Below the pieces are notes generated by a model. That model ran no database searches. It saw only the letters and a program-made list of their open reading frames with translations, and was not told the DNA's origin. This document shows positions 46,167 to 56,305 of a stretch of 64,000 nt of DNA, piece by piece. Source of the stretch: a virus; the IMG/VR virus record IMGVR_UViG_3300036857_000203, positions 1-64,000 of that record; one strand, given 5' to 3'. How positions within the stretch are numbered: position 1 is the stretch's first letter; every line of letters begins with the position of its first letter. Both the position numbers and the translations under genes were made by a program.

Positions 46167-48461
46167 ATGGCAAACGGTGTCGCTCCCACCGAGCATTACC
46201 TCAACGAAAGCGACCACTACCGTAATCTGGCGCGCAATCTTGAGATCGACAGCGGCGGCCAGGAGGGCGGCGAGGACGATCTGACCGTCGTCGTCCAGCC
46301 TGAGGCCGAGGAGCCAGTCGAGCAGATCGGCATCGAGCGCGCCGACGGTGCGCTGATTATCCGCCTGGACGGCAAGCCCTTCGTGCGCGAGCCCAAGGTC
46401 GCCGCCAAGGAGCACGACGCGAATTTAGCCGAGTTCGTCGACCAGATCGAGCTGGCTCGCATCTGCGACGAACTCTTGAACGGCATCGACAGCGATCTGC
46501 AGACGAGACTGGAGTGGCTGGAGCGGCGTGCGGCCGGCATCAAGCACCTCGGGCTGAAGATCGAGAACCCGCGCTCGCCTTCGGCCGATGCCGATACCGC
46601 CGTCGAGGGGCAGGCCACCATCCGCTCTCCCGTCATGCTGGACGCGGTCTTGCGCTTCCAGGCCAACGCCCGGGGCGAGCTGCTCCCGGCCGGCGGCCCA
46701 GTGAAGATGCGCAATGACAGCATGCCGAAGACGCCCCATCGCGACTTCATGGAGCAGCAGATGCAGGTGCCGCGCGAGCGGCGCGGAGACGACCGGGACA
46801 TCCAGGCCGACGCCCTGGAGATGCTCTTTAACCGTTACCTGACTGAGGTCGACAAGGAGTACTACCCCGATACGACCCGCATGTTCTTCATGCAGGGCTA
46901 TGGCGGCTGCGGCTTCAAGAAGGTCTACCGCTGCCCGATCAGGCGCCGCCCAGTGTCACGCGCCATCGATGCCGCCGATATCATCGTGTCCGACAACGAG
47001 GTGTCGCTGCACGAGTGCGGAAGGGTCACGCATCGTATCGAAATGCGACAGAGCGTGATGCGACGCATGCAGCTCGCCGGCACGTATCAGGACATCGATC
47101 TCACCACGCCGGTCGGGCCACAGCCCGATGCCATGGAGCAGGCCGAGAGCGACGTCGCCGGCCTCGCCAGCTGGTCTCAGCGCCCGGAGGATTACAAGCA
47201 CTGCGTCTACGAGACTTATTGCGAGCTGGACATCGCCGGCTTCGAGCACACCGAGAATGGCAAGATCACAGGTCTGCCTCTCCCATACCGCGTTTCCATC
47301 GACAAAGATTCCCAGACCATCCTGGAAATCCGCCGTAATTGGGCCGAGAACGACGACCGCTACATCAAGCACATGCCGATCGTGAAGTACCCGTTCGTGG
47401 ACGGCATGGGTTTCTACGGCATCGGCCTCCTGCACATCATGGGCAATGCCACCGCCGCGATCACCACGGCGTGGCGGCTGGCGCTCGACAGCGCAGGGTT
47501 CGCGTCCTGGCCGGGCTTCCTCTACAGCGAGACCGTCGGTCGCCAGGACACCATGACCTTCCGGGTCGGCCTGGGCGCTGGCGTGCGAGTGAACACGGGC
47601 GGCCAGCCGATCGCCCAGCACATCATGGACCTGCCGTACAAAGACGTGACGGCGGGGCTGGTGCAGGTCACCACGCACATCGAAGAAGAGGCCCGCCGGG
47701 TTGGCGGGACGCCCGAGCTGATGGTGGGCGAGGGCCGCCAGGACGTGCCGGTGGGCACCACCATTGCGATGCTCGATCAGGCGGTGAAGGTCTTGGACTC
47801 TGTGCACAAGGGCATGCACATCGCCCAGGCCGAAGAGTTCGGGCTGATGCGCGAGCTGTTCAAGGAGGACCCCGACGCGCTCTTGTGTGCGGAGCCGCAG
47901 GAGGGCGCGGTCTGGCAGTGGCAGCGCGAGGACCTCGTCCGGGCGCTCAACGACTGCAACCTGACGCCGCAGGCCGACCCCAACACCCCATCACACACCA
48001 TAAGAGTGATGAAGGCGGTCGCCCTCGTGCAGCTCGTCCAGCTCAACCCGGCGATGTTCGACCTGCACGCCGTGGTGCGAAGAGTGTCTACCATGGTTGG
48101 CTTGGGCAACATCGATGAGCTGTTCGCGCCCCCGCAGGCGCAGCAGGACGCCAAGACCGCCGGCAAGGCGGCCGAGCTGGCGCAGAAGGCGCAGAAGCTG
48201 GCGGCCGACGAGCGTGACTCTCAGCGCAAGGCGGCACTCCAGCAGTTGGAGATGCAGCTCAAGGCGCTGGTCGAAAGCGCGACCATTCAGGACAACGCGG
48301 CCGAGAGACAATCGCGTGAGCGCATCGAGGGCGCGAAATTGAGCCAGAAGAGACTTGAATTGGCGCAATCGGCATTGGTTCATCCGACCGCGACTCCAGT
48401 AGCGCAAGAGTTTCCTGGTCTTCCGCCGGGTATGCAGCTGCCGAGGGGGAGGCTCATCTGA
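46167..48461 (+). CDS. Portal protein
   Basis: 764 aa after terL; RFQANARGELLPAGGPVK, GCGFKKVY, GFYGIGLLH, PVGTTIAML, C-terminal barrel coiled coil. Confidence 0.92.
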   Translation: MANGVAPTEHYLNESDHYRNLARNLEIDSGGQEGGEDDLTVVVQPEAEEPVEQIGIERADGALIIRLDGKPFVREPKVAAKEHDANLAEFVDQIELARICDELLNGIDSDLQTRLEWLERRAAGIKHLGLKIENPRSPSADADTAVEGQATIRSPVMLDAVLRFQANARGELLPAGGPVKMRNDSMPKTPHRDFMEQQMQVPRERRGDDRDIQADALEMLFNRYLTEVDKEYYPDTTRMFFMQGYGGCGFKKVYRCPIRRRPVSRAIDAADIIVSDNEVSLHECGRVTHRIEMRQSVMRRMQLAGTYQDIDLTTPVGPQPDAMEQAESDVAGLASWSQRPEDYKHCVYETYCELDIAGFEHTENGKITGLPLPYRVSIDKDSQTILEIRRNWAENDDRYIKHMPIVKYPFVDGMGFYGIGLLHIMGNATAAITTAWRLALDSAGFASWPGFLYSETVGRQDTMTFRVGLGAGVRVNTGGQPIAQHIMDLPYKDVTAGLVQVTTHIEEEARRVGGTPELMVGEGRQDVPVGTTIAMLDQAVKVLDSVHKGMHIAQAEEFGLMRELFKEDPDALLCAEPQEGAVWQWQREDLVRALNDCNLTPQADPNTPSHTIRVMKAVALVQLVQLNPAMFDLHAVVRRVSTMVGLGNIDELFAPPQAQQDAKTAGKAAELAQKAQKLAADERDSQRKAALQQLEMQLKALVESATIQDNAAERQSRERIEGAKLSQKRLELAQSALVHPTATPVAQEFPGLPPGMQLPRGRLI

Positions 48462-48490
48462 CGAAGACACACCTCGATGCTCGCAAGGGA

Positions 48491-48928
48491 ATGGAGACGC
48501 CTGAGTATAGGGCATGGCTGAACATGCGCCGTCGTTGCCGCGCTAAGAACCGCTGGAGCTACAAGTATTACGGCGGGCGTGGCATCAAGATATGCGAGCG
48601 CTGGAGCAGCTATGAGAACTTCTTGGCTGACATGGGCCGCAAGCCATCACCGGCTCACAGCTTGGACCGGATCAATAACGACGGGGACTACGAGCCCGGT
48701 AACTGTCAGTGGGCGACATCAGTGCAACAGGTGCGGAATCGTCGTCACCCCGCGGGTCCTTCCGGGGCCAGAGGGGTCCTGATCAAGCGAGACCCGCGAG
48801 GTTACGTCTATATCCATGCGCGAATCTGGCAGAACGGTCGTCTCCGTCAGCTTGGCGCGTTCAATACTGTGGAAGAGGCGGCAGCGGCCTATGATGCTGC
48901 AAAGCGCGAATCAGGAGGCCTCCGATGA
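48491..48928 (+). CDS. HNH-AP2 homing endonuclease
   Basis: YRAWLNMRRRC..YGGRGIKICERW..SLDRINNDGDYEPGNCQWAT..LGAFNTVEEAAAAY. Confidence 0.9.
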   Translation: METPEYRAWLNMRRRCRAKNRWSYKYYGGRGIKICERWSSYENFLADMGRKPSPAHSLDRINNDGDYEPGNCQWATSVQQVRNRRHPAGPSGARGVLIKRDPRGYVYIHARIWQNGRLRQLGAFNTVEEAAAAYDAAKRESGGLR

Positions 48929-50085
48929 GCCACCCATACAAAGGTCAAGCGGACAGCTCGCAGCGCGCGCGTCTCAAGCGCCTCGGCGCCACCGCCGGCA
49001 AGAGCTTCGGCTCATCGGCGATGTACAGCAAGAAATCATACCCGAAAGGGGCTGGCACCCAGCGGGAGTACACGATCTCTGGCGGCAAGGCGAAGAGCCG
49101 GCCCGATCGCTTCGCCTATGGCGGCGGCGTAAAGAGCAAGAAGCGCCGGCCGCACGCAACGACCAATATCATCATCTCTCACGCTGGCGGCAGAGGCGGC
49201 TTCGGTGGTGCTGGTGGCCAGCCCGGTGGACCCGTTCCGGTGCCGGTACCCCGACCAGTGCCGGTGCCGGTCGGTGCCGGCCCGGGGCCGATGGCGCCTG
49301 GGCCGGCACCTGTACGCCCACCGATTGCAGGTGGACCGATGCCGGCAGGACCGCCGCCCATGGCGCGGCCTCCGATGCCGGGTGGCCCTCCCCCTGTCCC
49401 CGTACGCCCTCCCGGCATGAAAGCCGGTGGTGCGGTAAAGAAGGCTGCCAATGGTGGCTTTCTGAAGGAGAGCCCGGGCAAGGGCTATCCCGGTTACCCG
49501 CACTCACCGATCAAGGAGGGCGGCGACAAGGTCTCCGCACACAAGAAGGGTGGTGGCGTCAAGAAGCTGCAGTTCGGCGGTGGCTCGGGCCTGGGCTCGG
49601 GCGCAAATCCGGGGACCGCGCAGGGGCAGGGCCTCGCGGGGCTCCTCGGCACTGCGGCGCCTGGGCGCTCACCGATGCCGGCACAACGCGGCACGCCGAC
49701 GATCTCTGGGGTCGACCAGATTCCGGCGCAGCCGCTGACGGTGCCGCAACCCAAGCTCGCCAGCGCGTTCCTGCAGCGGCCGGCTCCTGGGACCACCACC
49801 ACCTTCAACAAGGGTGGTGCGGTGCATGACGATGAGGCGCAGGACAAGAAGCTCTTCAAGCGGATGATGAAGTCCGAGAAGCGGGCGGCCGGCGGCATCG
49901 TGAAGACCCCGGTCACCAATGCTTCCGGCGGCGGTGCCGGCGGCAAGGCGCGGCTCAAGAAGACCGGCGCCGCCAAGAGCGTGCCGGCCAAGACCGAAAG
50001 CGGGTCACCCAACCCCGGCCATAATCCAGCTCCTCGTGGGATGACCGGGTCGAGCTATCACCAGTGGGGCAAGGGAGTGTCCTGA
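48925..50085 (+). CDS. Basic, disordered head-associated protein with repeated xxxGGxV motifs
   Basis: FAYGGGV, MKAGGAV, HKKGGGV, FNKGGAV, RAAGGIV; HDDEAQDKKL. Confidence 0.7.
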   Translation: MSHPYKGQADSSQRARLKRLGATAGKSFGSSAMYSKKSYPKGAGTQREYTISGGKAKSRPDRFAYGGGVKSKKRRPHATTNIIISHAGGRGGFGGAGGQPGGPVPVPVPRPVPVPVGAGPGPMAPGPAPVRPPIAGGPMPAGPPPMARPPMPGGPPPVPVRPPGMKAGGAVKKAANGGFLKESPGKGYPGYPHSPIKEGGDKVSAHKKGGGVKKLQFGGGSGLGSGANPGTAQGQGLAGLLGTAAPGRSPMPAQRGTPTISGVDQIPAQPLTVPQPKLASAFLQRPAPGTTTTFNKGGAVHDDEAQDKKLFKRMMKSEKRAAGGIVKTPVTNASGGGAGGKARLKKTGAAKSVPAKTESGSPNPGHNPAPRGMTGSSYHQWGKGVS

Positions 50086-50337
50086 TTGGAGGGTCTCGAC
50101 AGTGCATTCGCGGCTGCGCTGCACCGCTGGCTGGTGCGCGAGATCAGTGGCGACGTCGCCGAGAATTACCAAGGGCAGCTGCGTGCGCTCTACACGGCGC
50201 ACGACTGGGACGCGGTGTGCCGGATCAAGGGCATCATCTTCGCTTATGACCAAGTGCTGAAGGTGATGGAAGAGATCGCCCGGAAGATGAACGAGCCGCA
50301 CGAGCGGCCACAATACGTGACGGGGAGAGTTAATTGA
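50086..50337 (+). CDS. Small head-morphogenesis-region protein
   Basis: DWDAVCRIKGII motif; located between portal and GroES-like genes. Confidence 0.55.
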   Translation: MEGLDSAFAAALHRWLVREISGDVAENYQGQLRALYTAHDWDAVCRIKGIIFAYDQVLKVMEEIARKMNEPHERPQYVTGRVN

Positions 50338-50837
50338 ACATTCCGATAATTGGCCGGACCAGCGAGCTGCCTCCTCCGAGGCTGAGTTCTCTGGCGACCA
50401 TGCACCAGGGGCCGATGCCGCCCTGGCGCACCGACGAAGAGAAAGAAGACTACAAGGCCGACCCGAAGGGATTCCTGCTCGATCGTTGGGCGCTGTTGGA
50501 GGACAACGTCGAGCCGTTCCACAACTGGGTGATCACGGCGACCTACTTCCTGCCCGACTACCTGGAGACTGCTTCGGGGCACAAGCTCTACCTGCCCGAC
50601 AAGACCCACGACGAAGCGTTGTGGCAGGGGAAAGTTGGTCTGGTGGTCGCCAAGGGGCCGCTGGCGTTCCTGGACGATGACCATGTCAAGTTCCAGGGCC
50701 AGAACGTCGAGATCGGCGACTGGGTGATGTACGACATCATGGAAGGACGTCAGTTCACCATCGAGCGGTTGCACTGTCGCAGGTTAAAGGACCTGCAGAT
50801 CGTCGCCCGCATCAAGGACCCCAGATTAATCTACTAG
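50334..50837 (+). CDS. GroES-like co-chaperonin
   Basis: ETASG..LYLPD..GKVGLVVAKGPLAF..VEIGDWVMY..RLKDLQIVARI. Confidence 0.8.
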   Translation: MNIPIIGRTSELPPPRLSSLATMHQGPMPPWRTDEEKEDYKADPKGFLLDRWALLEDNVEPFHNWVITATYFLPDYLETASGHKLYLPDKTHDEALWQGKVGLVVAKGPLAFLDDDHVKFQGQNVEIGDWVMYDIMEGRQFTIERLHCRRLKDLQIVARIKDPRLIY

Positions 50838-50864
50838 CGCCACCGCATTGGCGTGGAGGCAGTT

Positions 50865-51860
50865 ATGGCAGACGAGGTTAATCCCACCGCAGGGGAGAAC
50901 GAGAACCTCATCGTTAACCTGGACGAGGAGGACAACCCGGGCACAACTCAAGCCAGCTCAGGGGCGGACGGCAAGCCGCCACCCGTCCCCAGCCCATCGG
51001 CGCCCCCAGCGGCGCAGGAGGGCCTTGCCGAGCTGAACCGGCAAGTGGAGGCCGAGCGCGCCGAGCGCGTTCGCGTCACCCAAGTGGCGCAGCAGATCGC
51101 CCGCGAGCGCGATGAGGCGGTGGCCTTTGCGCAGGAGGCCGAGCGCAGGGGTGTCTCCACCTACGAGCTGTACAACGAGAACCAGATCAAGGCTGTCCAG
51201 GACAAGATGATCGCGCTGTCCAATGGTGCCGAGCAGGCCATGGTGGACGGCGATTTCAAGCGCGCACAGGCGCTGAACCTGGAGATCGGCCGCCTGGGTG
51301 GCAATCTCGCCGTGCTGGAGCGTGATCAGGCGATCCTGACGCAACAAAGGGAGCAAGCTGCGCAACAGGCGCGGCAGCGTCCGCAGCAAGCACAGCAACC
51401 ACGTCCTGCTGCGCCTGTGCAGCCAACCGACCCGCTGGAGCGCGCCATCCAGGGCAAGACCGAGGCGGCCAAGGAGTTCATCAGGAAGCATCCCGAGATC
51501 GTGCGCAGCGATGGCACCATCAAGCGGGTGGCGCTGGACGCCCACGAGCGTGCCCTGGACGAGGGGCACCGGGCGGACAGCCCCGGCTACTTCGAGTACA
51601 TCGAGAGGTCGATCATGGCACAGCAACCCCAGAACGGTGGGGGCAATCCTCCGCCGCGCGGCGCGCCCACTCTCCAGCATGGTGCGGCACCGGTCTCGCG
51701 TGGCGGTAGTCCAGGAGGTGGCGGTGGCGGCGGCAACGGCACCTTCGTGATGACACCCAAGATGCGGCGCCTCGCCGAGGAGCAAGGGGTCGAGCCGCGC
51801 GAGTGGGCCAGGAACTATGTGAGGCTTCTGGCCGAGGGCCGGATCACGCCCATTACCTAA
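50865..51860 (+). CDS. Capsid scaffolding protein
   Basis: Coiled coil, APVSR, C-terminal MTPKMRRLAEEQGV..WARNY; upstream of the head genes. Confidence 0.75.
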   Translation: MADEVNPTAGENENLIVNLDEEDNPGTTQASSGADGKPPPVPSPSAPPAAQEGLAELNRQVEAERAERVRVTQVAQQIARERDEAVAFAQEAERRGVSTYELYNENQIKAVQDKMIALSNGAEQAMVDGDFKRAQALNLEIGRLGGNLAVLERDQAILTQQREQAAQQARQRPQQAQQPRPAAPVQPTDPLERAIQGKTEAAKEFIRKHPEIVRSDGTIKRVALDAHERALDEGHRADSPGYFEYIERSIMAQQPQNGGGNPPPRGAPTLQHGAAPVSRGGSPGGGGGGGNGTFVMTPKMRRLAEEQGVEPREWARNYVRLLAEGRITPIT

Positions 51861-51875
51861 CCCAGGGGGTTAACT

Positions 51876-52451
51876 ATGATGGAAGTCCCGTCGCCCTTCC
51901 GAGAGGCGCCACATGAGGGCGGCCTCGCAGGAGGGCTTGCTGCCGGCGAAGCGATACTCCGGTCCGAGGTGCATGGTGAGCTGCGCGTCGATCCCGATCG
52001 TACTCGCCAGCATCAGGGCACTGCCTCTATCGATCCGTACGACATCGCCGACATCATGGCGAAGTACGCTCCCACCAGGGGCGATCCGACCAAGGGCAAC
52101 GTCAACAACGAGATCGACTTCAACTGGAAACGCTTCGAGACCTACGGCAAGCCCGACTTCGCCGAGGGCCGGATGTATCAGCAGCAGGGTTGGCGGGCGG
52201 TGCAGCACCATCACTTCCCGGGGCGCTTTGCGCCTCCTGGCACTCAGGGACCGGTGGTGGTCAAGGACATGATCCTGATGGAAAGGCCCATGCGCTTGAC
52301 AGTGCAGGCCAGAAATGAGGAGATACTGGAAGCGACTCGCGCTATGCAGGTGCACCGCCAGAAGGTGGCGGAGACCCCGGACGGTCACTCCGAGCGTGTC
52401 GTGTACGCCAACCGCACCCAGCGCGAGGCGATCTCTATCCCCGACGAATAA
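51876..52451 (+). CDS. Conserved head-region protein
   Basis: FNWKR..GWRAV..DMILMERP. Confidence 0.7.
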   Translation: MMEVPSPFREAPHEGGLAGGLAAGEAILRSEVHGELRVDPDRTRQHQGTASIDPYDIADIMAKYAPTRGDPTKGNVNNEIDFNWKRFETYGKPDFAEGRMYQQQGWRAVQHHHFPGRFAPPGTQGPVVVKDMILMERPMRLTVQARNEEILEATRAMQVHRQKVAETPDGHSERVVYANRTQREAISIPDE

Positions 52452-52563
52452 CGTCGGCGGCTTCAGGTAAGAGCGTCCACCGCCTGGACGCTGGGCACAT
52501 CCACCGCTCGGACTGCGGCGAAGCTCGCCAAGGCCGGCAACCCTTGAGGAGGGGAGCCAGCTC

Positions 52564-53154
52564 ATGGCGAACACCAATTCACCGTTTGGACTGCGCGCTG
52601 TCCGCCGTGGCGATGGTGCGGCTTGGACGAGCGCTCACAACACCCGCAAGATGCAGAACAACGCTGGCGCCTGCAATCGGGGCGACATCGTCAAGACGCT
52701 CGTCGATGGCACCGTTGCCGTCAGCACGACCGCCGACGCGGCTGTGAACGTCGGCGTCGTTGAGGGCTTCCACTACCTGTCGGCGGCCCTCGGTTATCCG
52801 ATCTGGACGAATTATTGGCCGGGCGCGGGTGCGCTCGGGCTGGTCGACGTCTTCGTCATCGATGACCCCAACGTGGTGTTCGAGATCATGGCGAGCGCCG
52901 GGCCGATCACTTTGGCCGACATCGGTTCCAGCGCGAACATCGTCATCAATGCGAGCACCACCGGCTTCTCCAAGTGGGCGCTCGGTGCTCCCGCCGCTGG
53001 TGCGGGCAGCGACGTGCTGCCGTTCAAGATCGTCGCGCTCGGCAACAATGGCGTGAATGTTGGCGAGAACGGCTACGACGCCGCTTCGGCGAACAACATT
53101 GTCGAGGTGGCGTGGAACGCCCACTACCTCAAGCCCGGCACGCTGTCGGTCTGA
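52564..53154 (+). CDS. Head decoration/cement protein
   Basis: MANTNSPFGLRAV..VIDDPNVVFEI; immediately upstream of the capsid gene. Confidence 0.75.
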   Translation: MANTNSPFGLRAVRRGDGAAWTSAHNTRKMQNNAGACNRGDIVKTLVDGTVAVSTTADAAVNVGVVEGFHYLSAALGYPIWTNYWPGAGALGLVDVFVIDDPNVVFEIMASAGPITLADIGSSANIVINASTTGFSKWALGAPAAGAGSDVLPFKIVALGNNGVNVGENGYDAASANNIVEVAWNAHYLKPGTLSV

Positions 53155-53183
53155 GGTCGGCAAAGGCAACGGAGGGATAGGTC

Positions 53184-54095
53184 ATGGCAATCGACATGGC
53201 ATCGATCAAGAACGAACTGTTCCCCGGCCTTGCCGCCGTGGAAGGTCGTTACAAGAAGATCGAGACCAAGTGGTCTCGGCTGTTCGAGAAGCGCTCATCC
53301 AAGATGGCGCTCGAAAGACGTACGCAGATGGCGTACCTGCCGCTCGCCCGTGAGAAGGGCGAAGGCGCTTCGACCTACTTCGATGAGAGAGCAGGTGAGC
53401 GCTGGATGTACAGCGCCGAGATGCGAGAATTGTCGCTCGGCTACATCATCACCCGGCGCGCTGTGGAGGACAATCAATACAAGGCGGAGTTCAACCCGTC
53501 CAATCTCGGCCTGCAGGACGTCTTCGCGACGACCAAGGAAATCTACGCGGCGAACATCTTCAACACCGGCACGGTGTTCGATCAGACCGTCGGTGGTGAC
53601 CAGAAATCGTTGTTCGCGATCGACCACCCGGTCGACGTCGGTGTGATCGGCAACCGGCCGGCAGCCGACATCGACCTCAACGAGAGTTCGTTGCTGACGG
53701 CGATGACCGTCATCCGCAACAACTGGGTCGACGAGCGCAACATCAAGATCAGTGCGCGAGCGGAACTGGTGCTCGTTCCAGCTGCCCTGGAACAGGTGAT
53801 CGTAAGACTGCTCCGCACTGAGCTGCGTCCGGGAACCAACGACAACGACGTCAATGCCATCCAGCACGTCGGCGGCGGGCTGCGCGACTACATCGTCAAC
53901 GAGTTCCTCACGTCGAACTTCGCGTGGTTCATCAAGACCGACAAGCGCGGGCTGATCTACTACGACCGCGTGCCGTTCGAGATGGACATGTACGTGGATT
54001 TCGACACTGATAACCTCAAGGTGAAGGGCCGCGAGCGCTACGCATTCAGCTACTTCGACTGGCGCGGCGTCTACGGGTCCTACCCCACCAGCTGA
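53184..54095 (+). CDS. Major capsid protein (Mu gpT-like HK97 fold)
   Basis: ELFPGL..KGEG..LGYIITRRAVEDNQY..GGDQKSLF..HP..DFDTDNLKVKGRERYAFSYFDWRGVYGS. Confidence 0.92.
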   Translation: MAIDMASIKNELFPGLAAVEGRYKKIETKWSRLFEKRSSKMALERRTQMAYLPLAREKGEGASTYFDERAGERWMYSAEMRELSLGYIITRRAVEDNQYKAEFNPSNLGLQDVFATTKEIYAANIFNTGTVFDQTVGGDQKSLFAIDHPVDVGVIGNRPAADIDLNESSLLTAMTVIRNNWVDERNIKISARAELVLVPAALEQVIVRLLRTELRPGTNDNDVNAIQHVGGGLRDYIVNEFLTSNFAWFIKTDKRGLIYYDRVPFEMDMYVDFDTDNLKVKGRERYAFSYFDWRGVYGSYPTS

Positions 54096-54101
54096 GCAAA
54101 C

Positions 54102-54127
54102 GTCGGCACATCCACGCATGTGCCGAC
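54102..54127 (+). terminator. Stem-loop after the capsid gene
   Basis: GTCGGCACAT/ATGTGCCGAC perfect 10-bp inverted repeat; weak U-tract. Confidence 0.5.
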
Positions 54128-54372
54128 ATTCATTCTGGGGAGGAGCTGATGGCGCGTCCACCTTCTGGTCCGATTGGCAACTCTCCCCGCGACTTGCGCG
54201 ATGACTTTGTCGGAGAGGAGCCCGACCCGTGCAAGGGCGGCGCGATCCCGACCAAGACGCGCGGCCCCAGGCGGGTCACCGGCAATACGTTCCACGCAAA
54301 GGTGAGTGGTGGCGGTGCGAGCAAGCGCGCCGATCGCGAGCCTCACTTCAGGCGGGGAGGCTTCGTGCGCCG

Positions 54373-55206
54373 ATGAAGAAGGACGATCCGAAGAAGAAGA
54401 AGAAACTGCCGTTCTATGGCCGGGCCTACGGCGGTGCCGCGCGACGGCGTGCCGACCGCAAGGCTTATCGTAGGGGTGGTGCGGTATCGAAGGCAGACGG
54501 CGAGCCGATCTCCCCCAACGAGCCTAATGCGCCGGTCGGCGGCAAGGTGCTGCAGACGTTCAAGAGGGGTGGCGTGGCCAAGCGTCAAGATGGTGGTGCT
54601 ACTGAGAAGCCGAAAGAGTCGCCGCGACCCTTTGACCGAGCGAATGAGCCGAAAGGTCTAGGTTGGGAGCCGCCGGGTGGCTGGAAGCCGCCAGATAAGG
54701 CGGTAACCGGGTCATCGATCGATAGGCCGACGTTGAGGCGCAGGAGCGGCGGCGCGGTAAAGAAGCGCGCCGTCGGTGGGACATCGGATGACGACAGGCC
54801 GACCGTGCCGAGGAGCAGCAGTGTCGACGACCTCACGACAGCCGGTCTCAAGCCGCTGCTCCCTGCCCTGGGTGCCGGTGATCTGACCGGCGGGCTCGGT
54901 GCCGGCGCCGCTGCTGCGCCACCCCCGCCCATGGCGGGGACACCGAGTGGACCGCCAGGGCCGGTGCCTGCGGGTGGGCCAGGGATGCGGCGCGGCGGCG
55001 CGGTGAAGAAGCGCCAGGACGGTGGCCCTACCGATGCCGAGCGCGAGGAGGGACTGGATCAGCTTAAGAAGAAGATGACCTCTCCGCTGGGCGGCAAGAT
55101 TGGTCGTTATCAGGAGGCGCAGTCCAGGAACATCGTTGATTCGCTACGGCCACGAAGCTTCGGTGGCCGTGCTGAGCCCGCGCTGCGCAAGAGCGGCGGT
55201 GACTGA
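54373..55206 (+). CDS. Basic, disordered protein with about 9 xxxGG motifs
   Basis: RAYGGA, YRRGGAV, FKRGGVA, RQDGGA, RRSGGAV, RAVGG, MRRGGAV, RQDGGP, RKSGGD. Confidence 0.7.
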   Translation: MKKDDPKKKKKLPFYGRAYGGAARRRADRKAYRRGGAVSKADGEPISPNEPNAPVGGKVLQTFKRGGVAKRQDGGATEKPKESPRPFDRANEPKGLGWEPPGGWKPPDKAVTGSSIDRPTLRRRSGGAVKKRAVGGTSDDDRPTVPRSSSVDDLTTAGLKPLLPALGAGDLTGGLGAGAAAAPPPPMAGTPSGPPGPVPAGGPGMRRGGAVKKRQDGGPTDAEREEGLDQLKKKMTSPLGGKIGRYQEAQSRNIVDSLRPRSFGGRAEPALRKSGGD

Positions 55207-55327
55207 TACCCGCGTGCGGCCCGTCTGCACACGCTCCACACGCGGATAGGGGAGGCTGGACCCGCGTTTAGGCCCTCCCCCTGGCGTACGGCGAGGTCCA
55301 GTCTCCCCGCACAATGAGGGAACGATA

Positions 55328-55579
55328 GTGGTAGCTCCGACGAACGCACTTCCGGTCCAGGATCAGGGCGCTGTTCCCTACGCGAAGGTCAAGGCGCTGC
55401 CGGTGATCTTGGTCACTGCCGGGGACCAGCCGTTTGCGCCAGTCGCCATTCTGCCGGTCAGGGTGTTCCCGAATGATGGCTCATATCCGGTCGCCAAGGT
55501 GCAGCCGCAGTATGCATCGTTGGTGGCAAGCGGGCCGCTCGCAAAGGTTACCCCCATCCCCATCGTTGTTGTGGGGTGA
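55328..55579 (+). CDS. Small protein with internal AKV..P repeats
   Basis: Three AKV motifs. Confidence 0.5.
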   Translation: MVAPTNALPVQDQGAVPYAKVKALPVILVTAGDQPFAPVAILPVRVFPNDGSYPVAKVQPQYASLVASGPLAKVTPIPIVVVG

Positions 55580-55582
55580 GTC

Positions 55583-56305
55583 ATGACGGCTGGGACCAAC
55601 ACCAGCAGGAGCTACAACTTCGCGCCCTCGCTCGCCGATGTGGTGATCACGGCCTATGGCCGTTGCCAGATCAGGCGCAGCGCCATCACGCCCGAGCATC
55701 TGCACGATGCCGCCATGGAGGCGAACCTGCTGCAGAGCGAGTGGTCGAACAACCAAGTCAACCTCTGGACCGTGGACTTGCAGAGCATCCCGCTGGTGCC
55801 CGGGAAAGCCAAGTACGACGTAGACCCAGCCACCGTGATGATCCTTGGTAGCTACATCGCAACTGGCAGCTCGCCCGAGAAGGATAGGCTCATCACCTCG
55901 CTCGACCGCGACACCTACGCGGCGTTCCCAGACAAGACTACGCCGGGTACTCCGAGCCAGTACTGGTACGATGCACAGATACTGCCGACAATCACGCTCT
56001 GGCAGCCGCCCGATGACATCGAGCCGCGCTGGCTGAAGTTCTATCGCGCGCGGCAGATACAGGATGCGCTCTTGCCCGATGGCCTGGAGCCAGAGGTGCC
56101 TTATCGGTTTCTCGACGCCTACGTCGGAGGTCTGGCGTGGCGGTTGGCTGTGCACTACGCGCCGGCCATGGCGGACAGCTTGAAGACGTTGGCCAAAGAA
56201 GCGTTTGATACCGCGAAGAACCGTGACGTCGAGAAGAGTTCACTACGCATCGTGCCGGCCATGTCGATATACACGAATGCGGTTTATTCCAAGGAGGATC
56301 GATGA
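55583..56305 (+). CDS. Head-tail adaptor / tail tubular-type protein
   Basis: NLLQSEWSN..VNLWT..PDKTTPGTPSQYWY..ITLW..VPYRFLDAYVGGLAW. Confidence 0.75.
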   Translation: MTAGTNTSRSYNFAPSLADVVITAYGRCQIRRSAITPEHLHDAAMEANLLQSEWSNNQVNLWTVDLQSIPLVPGKAKYDVDPATVMILGSYIATGSSPEKDRLITSLDRDTYAAFPDKTTPGTPSQYWYDAQILPTITLWQPPDDIEPRWLKFYRARQIQDALLPDGLEPEVPYRFLDAYVGGLAWRLAVHYAPAMADSLKTLAKEAFDTAKNRDVEKSSLRIVPAMSIYTNAVYSKEDR

